Below, in pieces: positions 18,366 to 27,482 of a DNA stretch of 37,852 nt. How positions within the stretch are numbered: the stretch's first letter is position 1; every line of letters starts with the position of its first letter. A program made the position numbers and the translations under genes. Source of the DNA: an uncultured Gammaproteobacteria bacterium (GTDB lineage Bacteria; Pseudomonadota; Gammaproteobacteria; UBA6429; Thiohalophilaceae). The stretch is taken from the NCBI GenBank assembly GCA_965368945.1, contig CBDUOW010000001.1:1-37852 (forward strand), written 5' to 3'. The notes below the pieces were generated by a model. It was not told where the DNA came from, searched no databases, and worked only from the letters and a program-made list of their open reading frames with translations.

Positions 18366-19431
18366 AACTCTTAACAGCTGGTACAAGAAATATTTTTCCG
18401 ATCCCCAGGCGGTTGTGTTAACGATTATCCTGGTGGTTGGCTTCACCGTGGTGTTAACCATGGGGAAAATGTTGACACCGGTGCTGGCGGCGGTGGTCAT
18501 CGCTTATTTGCTGGAAGGCATTGTACGTAAGCTGGAACAGCGTGAAGTTCCAAGTCTGACAGCAGTGATTCTGGTATTCATTGCCTTCTTTATCTTTGTG
18601 ATGTTTCTGGTGTTTGGGGTTGTGCCGCTGTTATCGGTGCAGGTGACGGGGTTTATTAAAGAGTTGCCACAAGTATTGAGTGTGACGCGTGAAACCCTGA
18701 TGCAGTTACCCGAGCATTATGGTTATATCTCGGAAAAGCAGGTTCAGGATATGGCGGATACTATGGATCGCGAGATTGCCTCCAGTGGCCAGCAAATCCT
18801 GTCGTTTTCACTATCTTCAATTCCTGGCCTGATTACCCTGCTGGTATATTTGATCCTGGTTCCGTTGCTGGTGTTCTTTTTTCTCAAGGACAAAGCCTTG
18901 ATTCTGAGCTGGTTTTCCAGTTTTTTACCCCGGGATCGTAGCCTGGCATCCCGTGTCTGGCATGACATGGACTTGCAGCTGGGGAACTATGTCCGTGGCA
19001 AGTTCTGGGAAATTCTGATCGTCGGTAGCGTGACCTATGTTGCGTTTGCCATTCTTGATCTTAAGTATGCCATTTTACTGGCGGCGCTGGTGGGGGTATC
19101 GGTATTGGTGCCTTATATCGGGGCGGCGGTAGTGACGGTTCCGGTCGCGATAGTGGCGTATTTCCAGTTTGGCTGGGGAACGGACTTTGCCATCGTACTG
19201 ATCGTCTATGGCATTATTCAGGCCCTGGACGGCAACGTACTGGTGCCACTGCTGTTCTCCGAGGTAGTCAACCTGCATCCCATTGCGATTATCGTAAGTG
19301 TGCTGGTATTCGGCGGTCTATGGGGTTTCTGGGGCGTGTTTTTTGCGATTCCGCTCGCAACCCTGGTGAATGCCGTGTTGCATGCCTGGCCACGGGCACC
19401 GCAACCCGCGGCCGCAGATGAAGAAAGCTAG
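18358..19431 (+). CDS. perM: AI-2E family transporter (PerM/YfgO-like permease)
   Basis: The N-terminus MLETLNSWYKKYFSDPQAVVL aligns with E. coli PerM MLEMLMQWYRRRFSDPEAIAL. The C-terminal block ALDGNVLVPLLFSEVVNLHPIAIIVSVLVFGGLWGFWGVFFAIPLATLV is near-identical in pattern. The start at 18358 gives 357 aa. Confidence 0.88.
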   Translation: MLETLNSWYKKYFSDPQAVVLTIILVVGFTVVLTMGKMLTPVLAAVVIAYLLEGIVRKLEQREVPSLTAVILVFIAFFIFVMFLVFGVVPLLSVQVTGFIKELPQVLSVTRETLMQLPEHYGYISEKQVQDMADTMDREIASSGQQILSFSLSSIPGLITLLVYLILVPLLVFFFLKDKALILSWFSSFLPRDRSLASRVWHDMDLQLGNYVRGKFWEILIVGSVTYVAFAILDLKYAILLAALVGVSVLVPYIGAAVVTVPVAIVAYFQFGWGTDFAIVLIVYGIIQALDGNVLVPLLFSEVVNLHPIAIIVSVLVFGGLWGFWGVFFAIPLATLVNAVLHAWPRAPQPAAADEES

Positions 19432-19468
19432 CTTGTTGGCGTTCTCACGGGCAGTGACTTTATCCTGT

Positions 19469-20875
19469 TCAAAGCGCTTCTGAAGAGTAATCAGCCAGCC
19501 GCGAGCGTTCTCCACGCAGCAGGGTGACATGACCACTGTGTTGCCAGTATTTGAAACGATCCACCACGTAAGTCAGGCCCGAAGTGGTTTCGGTCAGGTA
19601 GGGCGTATCGATTTGGGCGATGTTTCCCAGGCAAATGACCTTGGTGCCGGGTCCGGCACGGGTAATCAATGTTTTCAGTTGTTTCGACGTCAGGTTCTGG
19701 GCTTCGTCAATAATGATGTAGCGGTTCAGAAAAGTACGGCCACGCATAAAGTTGACCGAACGGATCTTGATACGCTTGCTTAACAGGTCATTGGTGGCGG
19801 CTCGGCCCCAGTCACCACCCGATTCGGTTTTGGTCAGCACCTCAAGGTTATCCATCAGGGCGCCCATCCACGGTGTCATTTTTTCTTCTTCGGTACCGGG
19901 CAGGTAACCGATCTCTTCGCCCACTGGTACGGTAACCCGCGTCATGATGATTTCGGCGTAGCGGTTGTCGTCCAGGGTTTGTTGCAATCCGGCTGCCAGG
20001 GTCAACAGGGTCTTGCCGGTACCCGCCATCCCGAGCAGGCTGACGAAATCGATTTCTGGATCCATCAGCAGGTTCAAGGCAAAATTTTGTTCGCGATTTC
20101 GCGCAGTGATGCCCCAGACGGAATGATTGCTACTACTGTAATCACGGATGGTTTCTATAACGGCTTCCTGATCTTCGACGCTGCGCACGATGGATTCAAA
20201 GCCGTCTTCACCGCTGTGGAGAAATTCACTTGGAGACCAGTTACTGACTTCTGGGCCTTGTATACGATAAAAGGTGCGGCCTTCCTCCATCCATGAGTCC
20301 ATTTCCTTGGCGTGGGTATCCCAGAAATCCTTGTTGAGTTCATAGCTGCCGGTATAGAGAAGGTCAACGTCTTCCAGTACCTTATCGTTGTGATAATCTT
20401 CGGCATGAATACCCAGCACGGCCGCTTTTATTCGCAGGTTGATATCCTTGGTGACCAGGGTAACCCGTGTTTCCGTGAGTTCACTCTGTAATGCCAGGGT
20501 GGTGCCAAGAATATTATTATCCGGCAGGTTACCCGGTAGATAATCGGGCAGGGTGTTTCGATACGACACCGTCTGAAAGAACAGCCGGCCCATTAACTTT
20601 TCATTTTCAACATGGCCATTACTGGTGGCATGCACGTGGATATTCAGGGGCAGACCCTGTTCAATTTCCGCCTGGCTCATGTCACTCATGAGTTCATCCA
20701 TGAAACGACTGGCCTGACGACCATTACGTGCCACCTCGGATCGGCCTCTCTTATTATTATCCAGCTCTTCCAGCACCATCATGGGCAGGTAAAGATCATG
20801 TTCGTGGAAGCGGAACAAACAGGTTGGATCGTGCATCAGGACATTGGAATCGAGAACAAACATACGTTTAGACAT
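19469..20875 (-). CDS. PhoH2-type protein: N-terminal PIN nuclease domain fused to a PhoH-like ATPase
   Basis: PIN acidic residues lie in FVLDSNVL, VLEELD and TKDINLR. The PhoH domain has Walker A GMAGTGKT and Walker B IIIDEAQN. It lies 22 nt downstream of bcp on the same strand. Confidence 0.9.
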   Translation of the reverse strand: MSKRMFVLDSNVLMHDPTCLFRFHEHDLYLPMMVLEELDNNKRGRSEVARNGRQASRFMDELMSDMSQAEIEQGLPLNIHVHATSNGHVENEKLMGRLFFQTVSYRNTLPDYLPGNLPDNNILGTTLALQSELTETRVTLVTKDINLRIKAAVLGIHAEDYHNDKVLEDVDLLYTGSYELNKDFWDTHAKEMDSWMEEGRTFYRIQGPEVSNWSPSEFLHSGEDGFESIVRSVEDQEAVIETIRDYSSSNHSVWGITARNREQNFALNLLMDPEIDFVSLLGMAGTGKTLLTLAAGLQQTLDDNRYAEIIMTRVTVPVGEEIGYLPGTEEEKMTPWMGALMDNLEVLTKTESGGDWGRAATNDLLSKRIKIRSVNFMRGRTFLNRYIIIDEAQNLTSKQLKTLITRAGPGTKVICLGNIAQIDTPYLTETTSGLTYVVDRFKYWQHSGHVTLLRGERSRLADYSSEAL

Positions 20876-20897
20876 GTGTATATCAACCGCGGGGAAA

Positions 20898-21371
20898 TTA
20901 AGATTTATTCAATGCTTTAACAGCAGCCAGGACTTCATCGGCGTGGCCATCGACCTTGACCTTGCGCCATTCTTTCTTGAGTTTACCGTTACTGTCAATT
21001 AAAAAGGTGCTGCGCTCAATGCCGCGTACCTGTTTACCATACATATTCTTCATCTTGATGACATCAAATAGCTGACAGAGGGTTTCATCCTCGTCGGATA
21101 AAAGCTCGAATTGAAAGCCCTGTTTGGCCTTAAATTTCTCATGGGATTTGATGCTGTCACGTGAGACACCCAGGATGATGGTGTTTTGCCGTGTGAACTT
21201 GTTATAGCTGTCGCGAAAATCCTGCCCCTCACGGGTACAGCCCGGGGTATTGTCTTTGGGGTAAAAATACAGGACCACATTTTTACCCTTCATTCCATTG
21301 AGCGAGATTGCCTGCTCGCTGGTGGCCTCCAGAGTGAAATCGGGTACTTTTTTACCAACGTCGACTGACAT
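20898..21371 (-). CDS. bcp: Thiol peroxidase Bcp (peroxiredoxin Q-type)
   Basis: YFYPKDNTPGCT active site. The start at 21371 (MSVDVGKKVPDF) is preceded by SD AGGAGGG and gives 157 aa. The upstream MMMMQEGP extension lacks an SD. Confidence 0.92.
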   Translation of the reverse strand: MSVDVGKKVPDFTLEATSEQAISLNGMKGKNVVLYFYPKDNTPGCTREGQDFRDSYNKFTRQNTIILGVSRDSIKSHEKFKAKQGFQFELLSDEDETLCQLFDVIKMKNMYGKQVRGIERSTFLIDSNGKLKKEWRKVKVDGHADEVLAAVKALNKS

Positions 21372-21695
21372 CGGTCCCTCCTGCATCATCATCAAAATAC
21401 AAACGCAGCATATTAACCCATGGATGAGAGGGAGTCCCGCAGAATTGTTTATTTTTTTGAGGCCTGCGGTTCGAAATTGATACGGACCAGCTCATTGGTG
21501 GCTCGCGTTCAATTTCACCGCGCGCAGGTGATTCACTGCGGTTCCCGGGCTGATGGTATTGACATATCTGCCTGAACCCGGCTCAACGCCACTCCGGGAT
21601 GCCGGGTCGCGGGCAAATTTCCTGATGCCAATGATAACGAGCAGGGTAATCCGCATAGCCTTATTGCGCATGCTGACAAAGGACGGGCTAAATTC

Positions 21696-21724
21696 TTGTC
21701 ACAAACCGGCCGCCCAAGTAACAT
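21696..21724 (+). promoter_or_regulatory. Candidate sigma70 promoter for dapA
   Basis: TTGTCA (21696-21701), a 17-nt spacer, then TAACAT (21719-21724). The predicted TSS lies about 15 nt upstream of the dapA ATG, with GGAG at 21737-21740. Sequence match only. Confidence 0.3.
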
Positions 21725-21746
21725 GGTGGTTTTTGCGGAGATGGGC

Positions 21747-22622
21747 ATGTTTCAAGGCAGTATGGTGGCGTTGGTCACCCCGATGCACCCTGACGGGAAA
21801 CTTGATGAAGAGGCGCTGGCCCGGTTGGTGGCGTTTCACATCGAGCACGGTACCGATGCCATTGTCGCTGTGGGTACCACGGGTGAGTCCGCGACCCTGG
21901 ATCATCAGGAACATGCCGAGGTGGTGCGCAGGGTGATCGAACTGGCGGCGGGGCGTATCCCGGTAATTGCCGGCACGGGTTCCAACTCAACCCGGGAAGC
22001 CATAGAAATCACCCGTCATGCCAGGGAGGCGGGTGCTGATGCCTGTCTGCTGGTGACGCCGTACTATAATAAGCCACCCCAGGAAGGTCTCTACCAGCAT
22101 TTCAAAGCTGTGGCCGAGGCGGTCGATATCCCACAGATTCTCTACAATGTGCCGGGCCGGACGGCGGTGGATATGTTGCCGGAAACCGTGGAACGGTTGG
22201 CGCAGTTGCCCAATATCATTGGTATTAAGGAAGCGACGGGCGATATTGAGCGGGCCAGGGACATCATGCGTCGCTGCGGCGACGAGTTTGAGGTCTACAG
22301 CGGGGATGATGCCACTGCCATGGAATTGATCCTGGCCGGCGCCCGGGGTGACATATCGGTCACGGCTAATGTGGCACCGCGGGAAATGCATGAAATGTGT
22401 GCCGCCGCCCTGGCAGGCGAACGGGATAAGGCGGCGGCCATCAATGCGCGATTGTTGCCCTTACATCAGAACCTTTTCGTTGAAGCGAATCCAATACCTG
22501 TGAAATGGGCTTTGCATGACATGGGTATGATCTCGAGCGGGATCCGCTTGCCTCTCACCGTGCTATCCGAAGCCCATCAAGCGATTGTCCACCAGGCCCT
22601 GCAACAGGCCGGTGTGCTGTAG
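21747..22622 (+). CDS. dapA: 4-hydroxy-tetrahydrodipicolinate synthase
   Basis: The N-terminus [13 protein letters not shown] matches E. coli MFTGSIVAIVTPM. Also [16 protein letters not shown] and [10 protein letters not shown] (the active-site Lys region). 291 aa from the ATG at 21747. Confidence 0.95.
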   Translation: MFQGSMVALVTPMHPDGKLDEEALARLVAFHIEHGTDAIVAVGTTGESATLDHQEHAEVVRRVIELAAGRIPVIAGTGSNSTREAIEITRHAREAGADACLLVTPYYNKPPQEGLYQHFKAVAEAVDIPQILYNVPGRTAVDMLPETVERLAQLPNIIGIKEATGDIERARDIMRRCGDEFEVYSGDDATAMELILAGARGDISVTANVAPREMHEMCAAALAGERDKAAAINARLLPLHQNLFVEANPIPVKWALHDMGMISSGIRLPLTVLSEAHQAIVHQALQQAGVL

Positions 22623-22646
22623 TCATATACAATAAATTATCTGGAA

Positions 22647-23765
22647 ATGAAGATGTCAATGATTCTGCGTGGCAGCAAGATAGTCAGTCTGCTCATGATA
22701 TTTGTTTTAATTAGTGGTTGTTCCTGGTTTGGCGGTAAGAAAAGCAGCAGCCAGGGGCGGCGTGATAACCAGTCATTAGAAGTTCCGCCGGAACTGACCC
22801 AACCCGAGACAAGTGATGCCATGGCGATCCCGGTGGTGACACCCGAACAGGCGAGATATGGCTCACAACAAGTGAATCAACAGGCTGCGGTGGTCAATAC
22901 GGCCTTATTACCGGCCACGCCTGGTGCAACAGTGAAACAGGAGGGCGGTATTCGTTGGGCCGAACTGGAAAGTCGTCCGGAAGTAATCTGGCAGGAGTCG
23001 CAAGGATTCTTTCGAAGCCTGGGTTTCGAAATCAGTTATGAAGATCCCAAGCTCGGGATGATGCAAACCAACTGGTTGTCAAACCGGGCATATTCAAATG
23101 TCGGTTTCTGGAAATCCTTGTTCGGTGCCGTGGTGGTGACCGGCCTCCGGGATCGCTACCGGGTCCGGCTGGAACGAACCGATAATCCCAACATAACCCG
23201 TATGTATCTTGTTCATCAGGGGTTGCTTGAAGACGTTATTGAAGATGACTCGGGAGAGAACATCAACCGGGTTTGGCGCTGGCGCCCCAATGATCCTGAG
23301 CTGGAAGCTGAAGTGTTAAAACGTTTTCTGGTCTTCCGCGGGATGGATGAGAAACAGGCGGTGCAGGTGGTCAAGCCAAAACCGCGAGTTGAACGTGCCG
23401 TGTTACAGGACGTGAGCAATGGCCAGATCGTGGTGGTGAATGATAATTTTGCCCGCACCTGGCGCCGTGTCGGTGTGGCTATCGATCGTCTCGGGCTAAT
23501 TGTTACAGATCGAAACCGTTCTGAAGGCATATATTATCTGCAGCTAAGCGATGACTTTGTTGAGCAGCATAACAAGGAAGACAGCGGCTTGATGAAAAAG
23601 TGGTTTGGCGGCGATGATGATACAAAATCATCAGCGACTTATGTCATGAAGCTGGAAGAGCGTGGTGAAACCACCACGGTGAGCCTGCATGATCAAAACG
23701 GTCAGCTGGATAATTCAGCGACGGCGAAAAAGCTTAACAAGTTACTTTATCAACAGTTACATTGA
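22647..23765 (+). CDS. bamC: Outer-membrane protein assembly lipoprotein BamC (NlpB)
   Basis: Lipobox LISGCS. It occupies the conserved position immediately downstream of dapA, and its two-domain length (372 aa) is typical of BamC. Confidence 0.85.
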   Translation: MKMSMILRGSKIVSLLMIFVLISGCSWFGGKKSSSQGRRDNQSLEVPPELTQPETSDAMAIPVVTPEQARYGSQQVNQQAAVVNTALLPATPGATVKQEGGIRWAELESRPEVIWQESQGFFRSLGFEISYEDPKLGMMQTNWLSNRAYSNVGFWKSLFGAVVVTGLRDRYRVRLERTDNPNITRMYLVHQGLLEDVIEDDSGENINRVWRWRPNDPELEAEVLKRFLVFRGMDEKQAVQVVKPKPRVERAVLQDVSNGQIVVVNDNFARTWRRVGVAIDRLGLIVTDRNRSEGIYYLQLSDDFVEQHNKEDSGLMKKWFGGDDDTKSSATYVMKLEERGETTTVSLHDQNGQLDNSATAKKLNKLLYQQLH

Positions 23766-23776
23766 GTGAGCACGGC

Positions 23777-24535
23777 GTGCGCTTTGCATCCCTCGGCAGT
23801 GGTAGTAAGGGCAATGCTACCCTGATCAGCAAGCACCAGACCTGTTTGCTGTTGGATAATGGTTTTTCCGTCAAAGAAACCGAAATTCGTTTGCAACGTC
23901 TGGGACTGGAAGCGGAACAGTTAACGGCTATTCTGGTTACCCATGAACATGGCGATCATATTCGTGGCGTTGGTCCATTGGCGCGAAAATACGGGATACC
24001 CGTCTGGACCACCCGGGGTACGGCCAGTCATGTTGGTCTGGGTAAATTACCGGCATTGCACTTTATTGATGTGCATCAGCCGCTCGAACTCGGTGACATA
24101 GAAGTGCAACCCTTCCCGGTGCCGCATGATGCGCGGGAACCCTGCCAGTTTGCCTTTGGGGACGGTGCGAAGCGCCTGGGTGTTCTGACTGATACCGGAT
24201 CGACCACGGCCCATATTGTGGATCAGTTGTCGGGTTGTGATGCGTTAATACTGGAATGTAATCATGACGTGACAATGTTGGCTAATAGTACTTATCCTGA
24301 GTCCCTTAAAGCCAGAGTAGGAGGAAGGTTTGGTCATTTGAGCAATGATCAGGCCGCTGAATTATTAGCGCAACTCGATACTCAACGTTTGCAACATATG
24401 GTTGCGGCGCATTTAAGCGAACAGAATAATACCACCGAATTGGCTTGCGATGCATTGAGTGACGTGTTGAATTGCGAAGCGGGCTGGGTTGTCGTGGCGC
24501 AACAGGAATCCGGTTTGGATTGGCGTGCAATTTGA
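23777..24535 (+). CDS. MBL-fold metallo-hydrolase
   Basis: HEHGDH metal motif. With GTG at 23777 the N-terminus reads (M)RFASLGSGSKGNATLI, typical for this family. An alternative TTG start at 23762 overlaps the bamC stop. The gene sits between bamC and purC, as I recall for pseudomonads. Confidence 0.85.
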   Translation: MRFASLGSGSKGNATLISKHQTCLLLDNGFSVKETEIRLQRLGLEAEQLTAILVTHEHGDHIRGVGPLARKYGIPVWTTRGTASHVGLGKLPALHFIDVHQPLELGDIEVQPFPVPHDAREPCQFAFGDGAKRLGVLTDTGSTTAHIVDQLSGCDALILECNHDVTMLANSTYPESLKARVGGRFGHLSNDQAAELLAQLDTQRLQHMVAAHLSEQNNTTELACDALSDVLNCEAGWVVVAQQESGLDWRAI

Positions 24536-24583
24536 AGCTTGGTAAGGTCTGTCGACCTGGATACTATACACTGGAATAAGACT

Positions 24584-25315
24584 ATGAAAAAACTGGCTGA
24601 ACTCTATTCAGGTAAAGCGAAAACTGTATACACCACAGACGATGCGAATAAACTGATCCTGCATTTCCGAAATGACACATCAGCTTTTGATGGCGAGAAG
24701 GTCGAGCAACTGGATCGCAAGGGCATGGTTAATAACAAATTTAATGCCTTTATTATGCAAAAACTCGAGGCAGCCGGAGTGCCAACTCATTTTGAGAAGC
24801 TGTTATCGGAAGAAGAATCGTTGTTCAAAAAGCTCGAGATGTTGCCAATCGAATGTGTGGTAAGGAATATTAGCGCAGGTAGTCTATGTCGACGTCTGGG
24901 GGTTGAGGAAGGACTGGATCTGGCCCCGCCAACATTTGAATTTTTCTTGAAGAACGACGCGCTGCATGATCCGATGATCAACGATGCCCATATTATTACC
25001 TTCAAGTGGGCCACGCAGGATGAAATAGACCGAATGAAGTCATTAACCTTTAAGGTCAATGACATTCTTAAGGCATTATTTGCCGATGCCGGTATGTTAC
25101 TGGTGGACTACAAACTTGAGTTTGGTCGTTACCAGGGTGAACTCATGCTGGGGGATGAATTTTCACCGGATGGTTGCCGCTTGTGGGATGCGGAAACCCG
25201 CAAGAAACTGGATAAGGATCGTTTTCGTCAGGGCCTGGGCGGCGTCATTGAAGCCTATGAAGAAGTGGCGCAGCGTCTGGGTGTTGAGCTTGAGCCACTC
25301 CAGAGCACGAAATAG
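24584..25315 (+). CDS. purC: Phosphoribosylaminoimidazole-succinocarboxamide (SAICAR) synthase
   Basis: [20 protein letters not shown], followed by [14 protein letters not shown] and LVDYKLEFG. 243 aa from the ATG at 24584. Confidence 0.95.
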   Translation: MKKLAELYSGKAKTVYTTDDANKLILHFRNDTSAFDGEKVEQLDRKGMVNNKFNAFIMQKLEAAGVPTHFEKLLSEEESLFKKLEMLPIECVVRNISAGSLCRRLGVEEGLDLAPPTFEFFLKNDALHDPMINDAHIITFKWATQDEIDRMKSLTFKVNDILKALFADAGMLLVDYKLEFGRYQGELMLGDEFSPDGCRLWDAETRKKLDKDRFRQGLGGVIEAYEEVAQRLGVELEPLQSTK

Positions 25316-25405
25316 GCCAGTCGCTACTGAATGAAGGTGTATCAGGCCGACGCATTACTCTGCACCCAAGATCAAGTGGCACAAACGGGTTCATATGGAT
25401 GCCAG

Positions 25406-25432
25406 ACCCCGGTAAAGTACCGGGGTTTTTTG
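25406..25432 (+). terminator. Intrinsic terminator after purC
   Basis: Stem ACCCCGGTA (25406-25414) pairs with TACCGGGGT (25418-25426). A TTTTTT run follows directly. Confidence 0.8.
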
Positions 25433-25443
25433 TGCACTGTGTT

Positions 25444-25472
25444 TTTACCAAAACAGGCAAAACCCGTACAAT
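25444..25472 (+). promoter_or_regulatory. Candidate sigma70 promoter for parE-parC
   Basis: TTTACC (25444-25449), a 17-nt spacer, then TACAAT (25467-25472). It lies just downstream of the purC terminator and 60 nt upstream of the parE ATG. Sequence match only. Confidence 0.3.
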
Positions 25473-25531
25473 GCTGGCTAGAGACAGCATTCAGATTGTC
25501 GTTTTTCACAATTACAAGTTGATTACGATCC

Positions 25532-27421
25532 ATGAGTAAAGAAACCTATACGGCAGAAGCGATTGAGGTATTAACCGGGCTCGATCCGGTGCGTAAGCGC
25601 CCGGGTATGTATACATCGACCGAGCGGCCCAACCATCTGGCACAGGAAGTAATAGACAATAGTGTCGACGAGGCCATTGCCGGTTATGCCAGCAAGGTCG
25701 ATGTCATCCTTTTCAAGGACGGTTCATTGCAGGTCAGTGATGATGGTCGTGGTATGCCGGTAGACAAACACCCGGGAGAGAAAATACCGGGGGTCGAGGT
25801 GGTGCTTACCCGCTTGCACGCCGGTGGTAAGTTTTCCAACAAGAATTACCAGTTTTCCGGCGGGCTGCATGGGGTTGGTGTGTCAGTGGTCAATGCCTTG
25901 TCCAAACATCTCGAGGTATGGATTAAACGTGATGGCAAGGAATACAACATGGCCTTTGCCAATGGCGAGCGCGCTTCCAAGCTGGAAGTCGTTGGCACGG
26001 TAGGTCAACGTAATACCGGCACTACACTGCGGTTCTGGCCAAATCCCAAGTATTTTGACTCAGCCAAATTTTCCATCCCGCGACTCAAGCATGTACTGCG
26101 TGCCAAAGCCGTGTTGTGTCCCGGCTTAACCGTCAATTTTAAGGATGAAAAAACCGGAGAGACTGAGACCTGGTATTACGAGGATGGTCTCAAGGCTTAT
26201 TTAGTAGATGCACTCGACGGTGCAGAGCAATTACCCTCGGAGGTCTTTGTCGGCAGCATGGCCGGGAACGATGAAGCCGTGGACTGGGCCCTGGTATGGG
26301 CGCCTGATGGTAACGCCAATGTGATCGAAAGTTACGTTAACCTTATCCCCACCACCCTGGGAGGGACCCATGTCAATGGGTTGCGCACCGGCTTGACCGA
26401 GGCAGTGCGTGAATTTTGTGAGTTCCGCAACCTGGTACCACGCGGGGTTAAACTCAGCCCCGAGGATGTCTGGGATAAGGTGAATTATATTCTTTCGGTC
26501 AAAATGAGCGATCCCCAGTTTTCCGGCCAGACCAAGGAACGCCTGTCATCCCGTGAGAGTGCGCTGTTTGTGTCCGGGGTTGTGAAAGACGCTTTTGCGC
26601 TGTGGCTCAATCAGAATATCGAGGAAGGCGAACGCATTGCCGAGTTGGCCATTAATAATGCCCAGAGCCGAATGCGGGCCGGGCGCAAGGTGGTGCGTAA
26701 GAAAATTACCCAGGGGCCGGCGTTGCCCGGCAAACTGGCGGATTGTTCCAGCCAGGATCTGGAACGCACCGAATTGTTCCTGGTGGAAGGGGACTCGGCC
26801 GGCGGATCCGCCAAGCAGGGACGGGATCGGGAATACCAGGCGATCATGCCCTTGCGCGGCAAAATCCTTAATACCTGGGAAGTCGACTCGACCGAAGTAC
26901 TCGGCTCGCAGGAAGTCCATGACATCTCCGTTGCCATCGGTGTAGATCCCGGTTCCAATAATCTGTCCGGCCTGCGTTATGGCAAGGTAATTATTCTGGC
27001 CGATGCCGACTCTGACGGCGCCCATATCGCCACCCTGTTAACCGCCTTGTTTTTACGCCACTTTAAACCGCTGGTGGATGAAGGCCATGTCTATGTGGCC
27101 ATGCCGCCGTTATACCGCGTCGATGTGGGCAAGCAGCTGTTTTATGCTACCGACGATGCCGAGCGCCAGGGCATTCTGGATCGCATCGCTGCGGAAAAAA
27201 TCAAAGGCAAAGTATCAGTGACCCGGTTTAAAGGCCTGGGTGAAATGAACCCCCTGCAATTGCGCGAAACCACCATGGATCCGGATACCCGGCGACTTGC
27301 ACGATTGACGATCAAATCCGGTGACGGCACGCCACAGATGATGGATATGTTACTGGCGAAAAAGCGTTCGGCGGATCGCAAGAAGTGGCTGGAGAAGAAG
27401 GGCGATCTCGCGGAAGTATAA
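25532..27421 (+). CDS. parE: DNA topoisomerase IV subunit B
   Basis: At 629 aa it is ParE length rather than GyrB length. It is near-collinear with E. coli ParE, for example YTAEAIEVLTGLDPVRKRPGMYT, GGKFSNKNYQFSGGLHGVG, ELFLVEGDSAGGSAKQ and LADADSDGAHIATLL. Confidence 0.93.
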   Translation: MSKETYTAEAIEVLTGLDPVRKRPGMYTSTERPNHLAQEVIDNSVDEAIAGYASKVDVILFKDGSLQVSDDGRGMPVDKHPGEKIPGVEVVLTRLHAGGKFSNKNYQFSGGLHGVGVSVVNALSKHLEVWIKRDGKEYNMAFANGERASKLEVVGTVGQRNTGTTLRFWPNPKYFDSAKFSIPRLKHVLRAKAVLCPGLTVNFKDEKTGETETWYYEDGLKAYLVDALDGAEQLPSEVFVGSMAGNDEAVDWALVWAPDGNANVIESYVNLIPTTLGGTHVNGLRTGLTEAVREFCEFRNLVPRGVKLSPEDVWDKVNYILSVKMSDPQFSGQTKERLSSRESALFVSGVVKDAFALWLNQNIEEGERIAELAINNAQSRMRAGRKVVRKKITQGPALPGKLADCSSQDLERTELFLVEGDSAGGSAKQGRDREYQAIMPLRGKILNTWEVDSTEVLGSQEVHDISVAIGVDPGSNNLSGLRYGKVIILADADSDGAHIATLLTALFLRHFKPLVDEGHVYVAMPPLYRVDVGKQLFYATDDAERQGILDRIAAEKIKGKVSVTRFKGLGEMNPLQLRETTMDPDTRRLARLTIKSGDGTPQMMDMLLAKKRSADRKKWLEKKGDLAEV

Positions 27422-27482
27422 AGACATTCCAGGATTGAACCAGGATCAGTTAACAGAAGTTTATTGATGGAAGCATAGCGTT

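Noticed and set aside
21372-21395. MMMMQEGP extension at the start of the bcp ORF.
   Set aside because: The AGGAGGG SD sits inside this stretch, correctly spaced for the ATG at 21371. That start also gives the canonical Bcp length.
21533-21936. ORFs 21533-21748(-) and 21553-21936(+), considered as possible gcvR remnants or novel small genes in the bcp-dapA spacer.
   Set aside because: No resemblance to the ACT-domain GcvR sequence. The + ORF runs out of frame into dapA. The translations are Cys/Arg/Pro/Trp-rich, and there is no SD.
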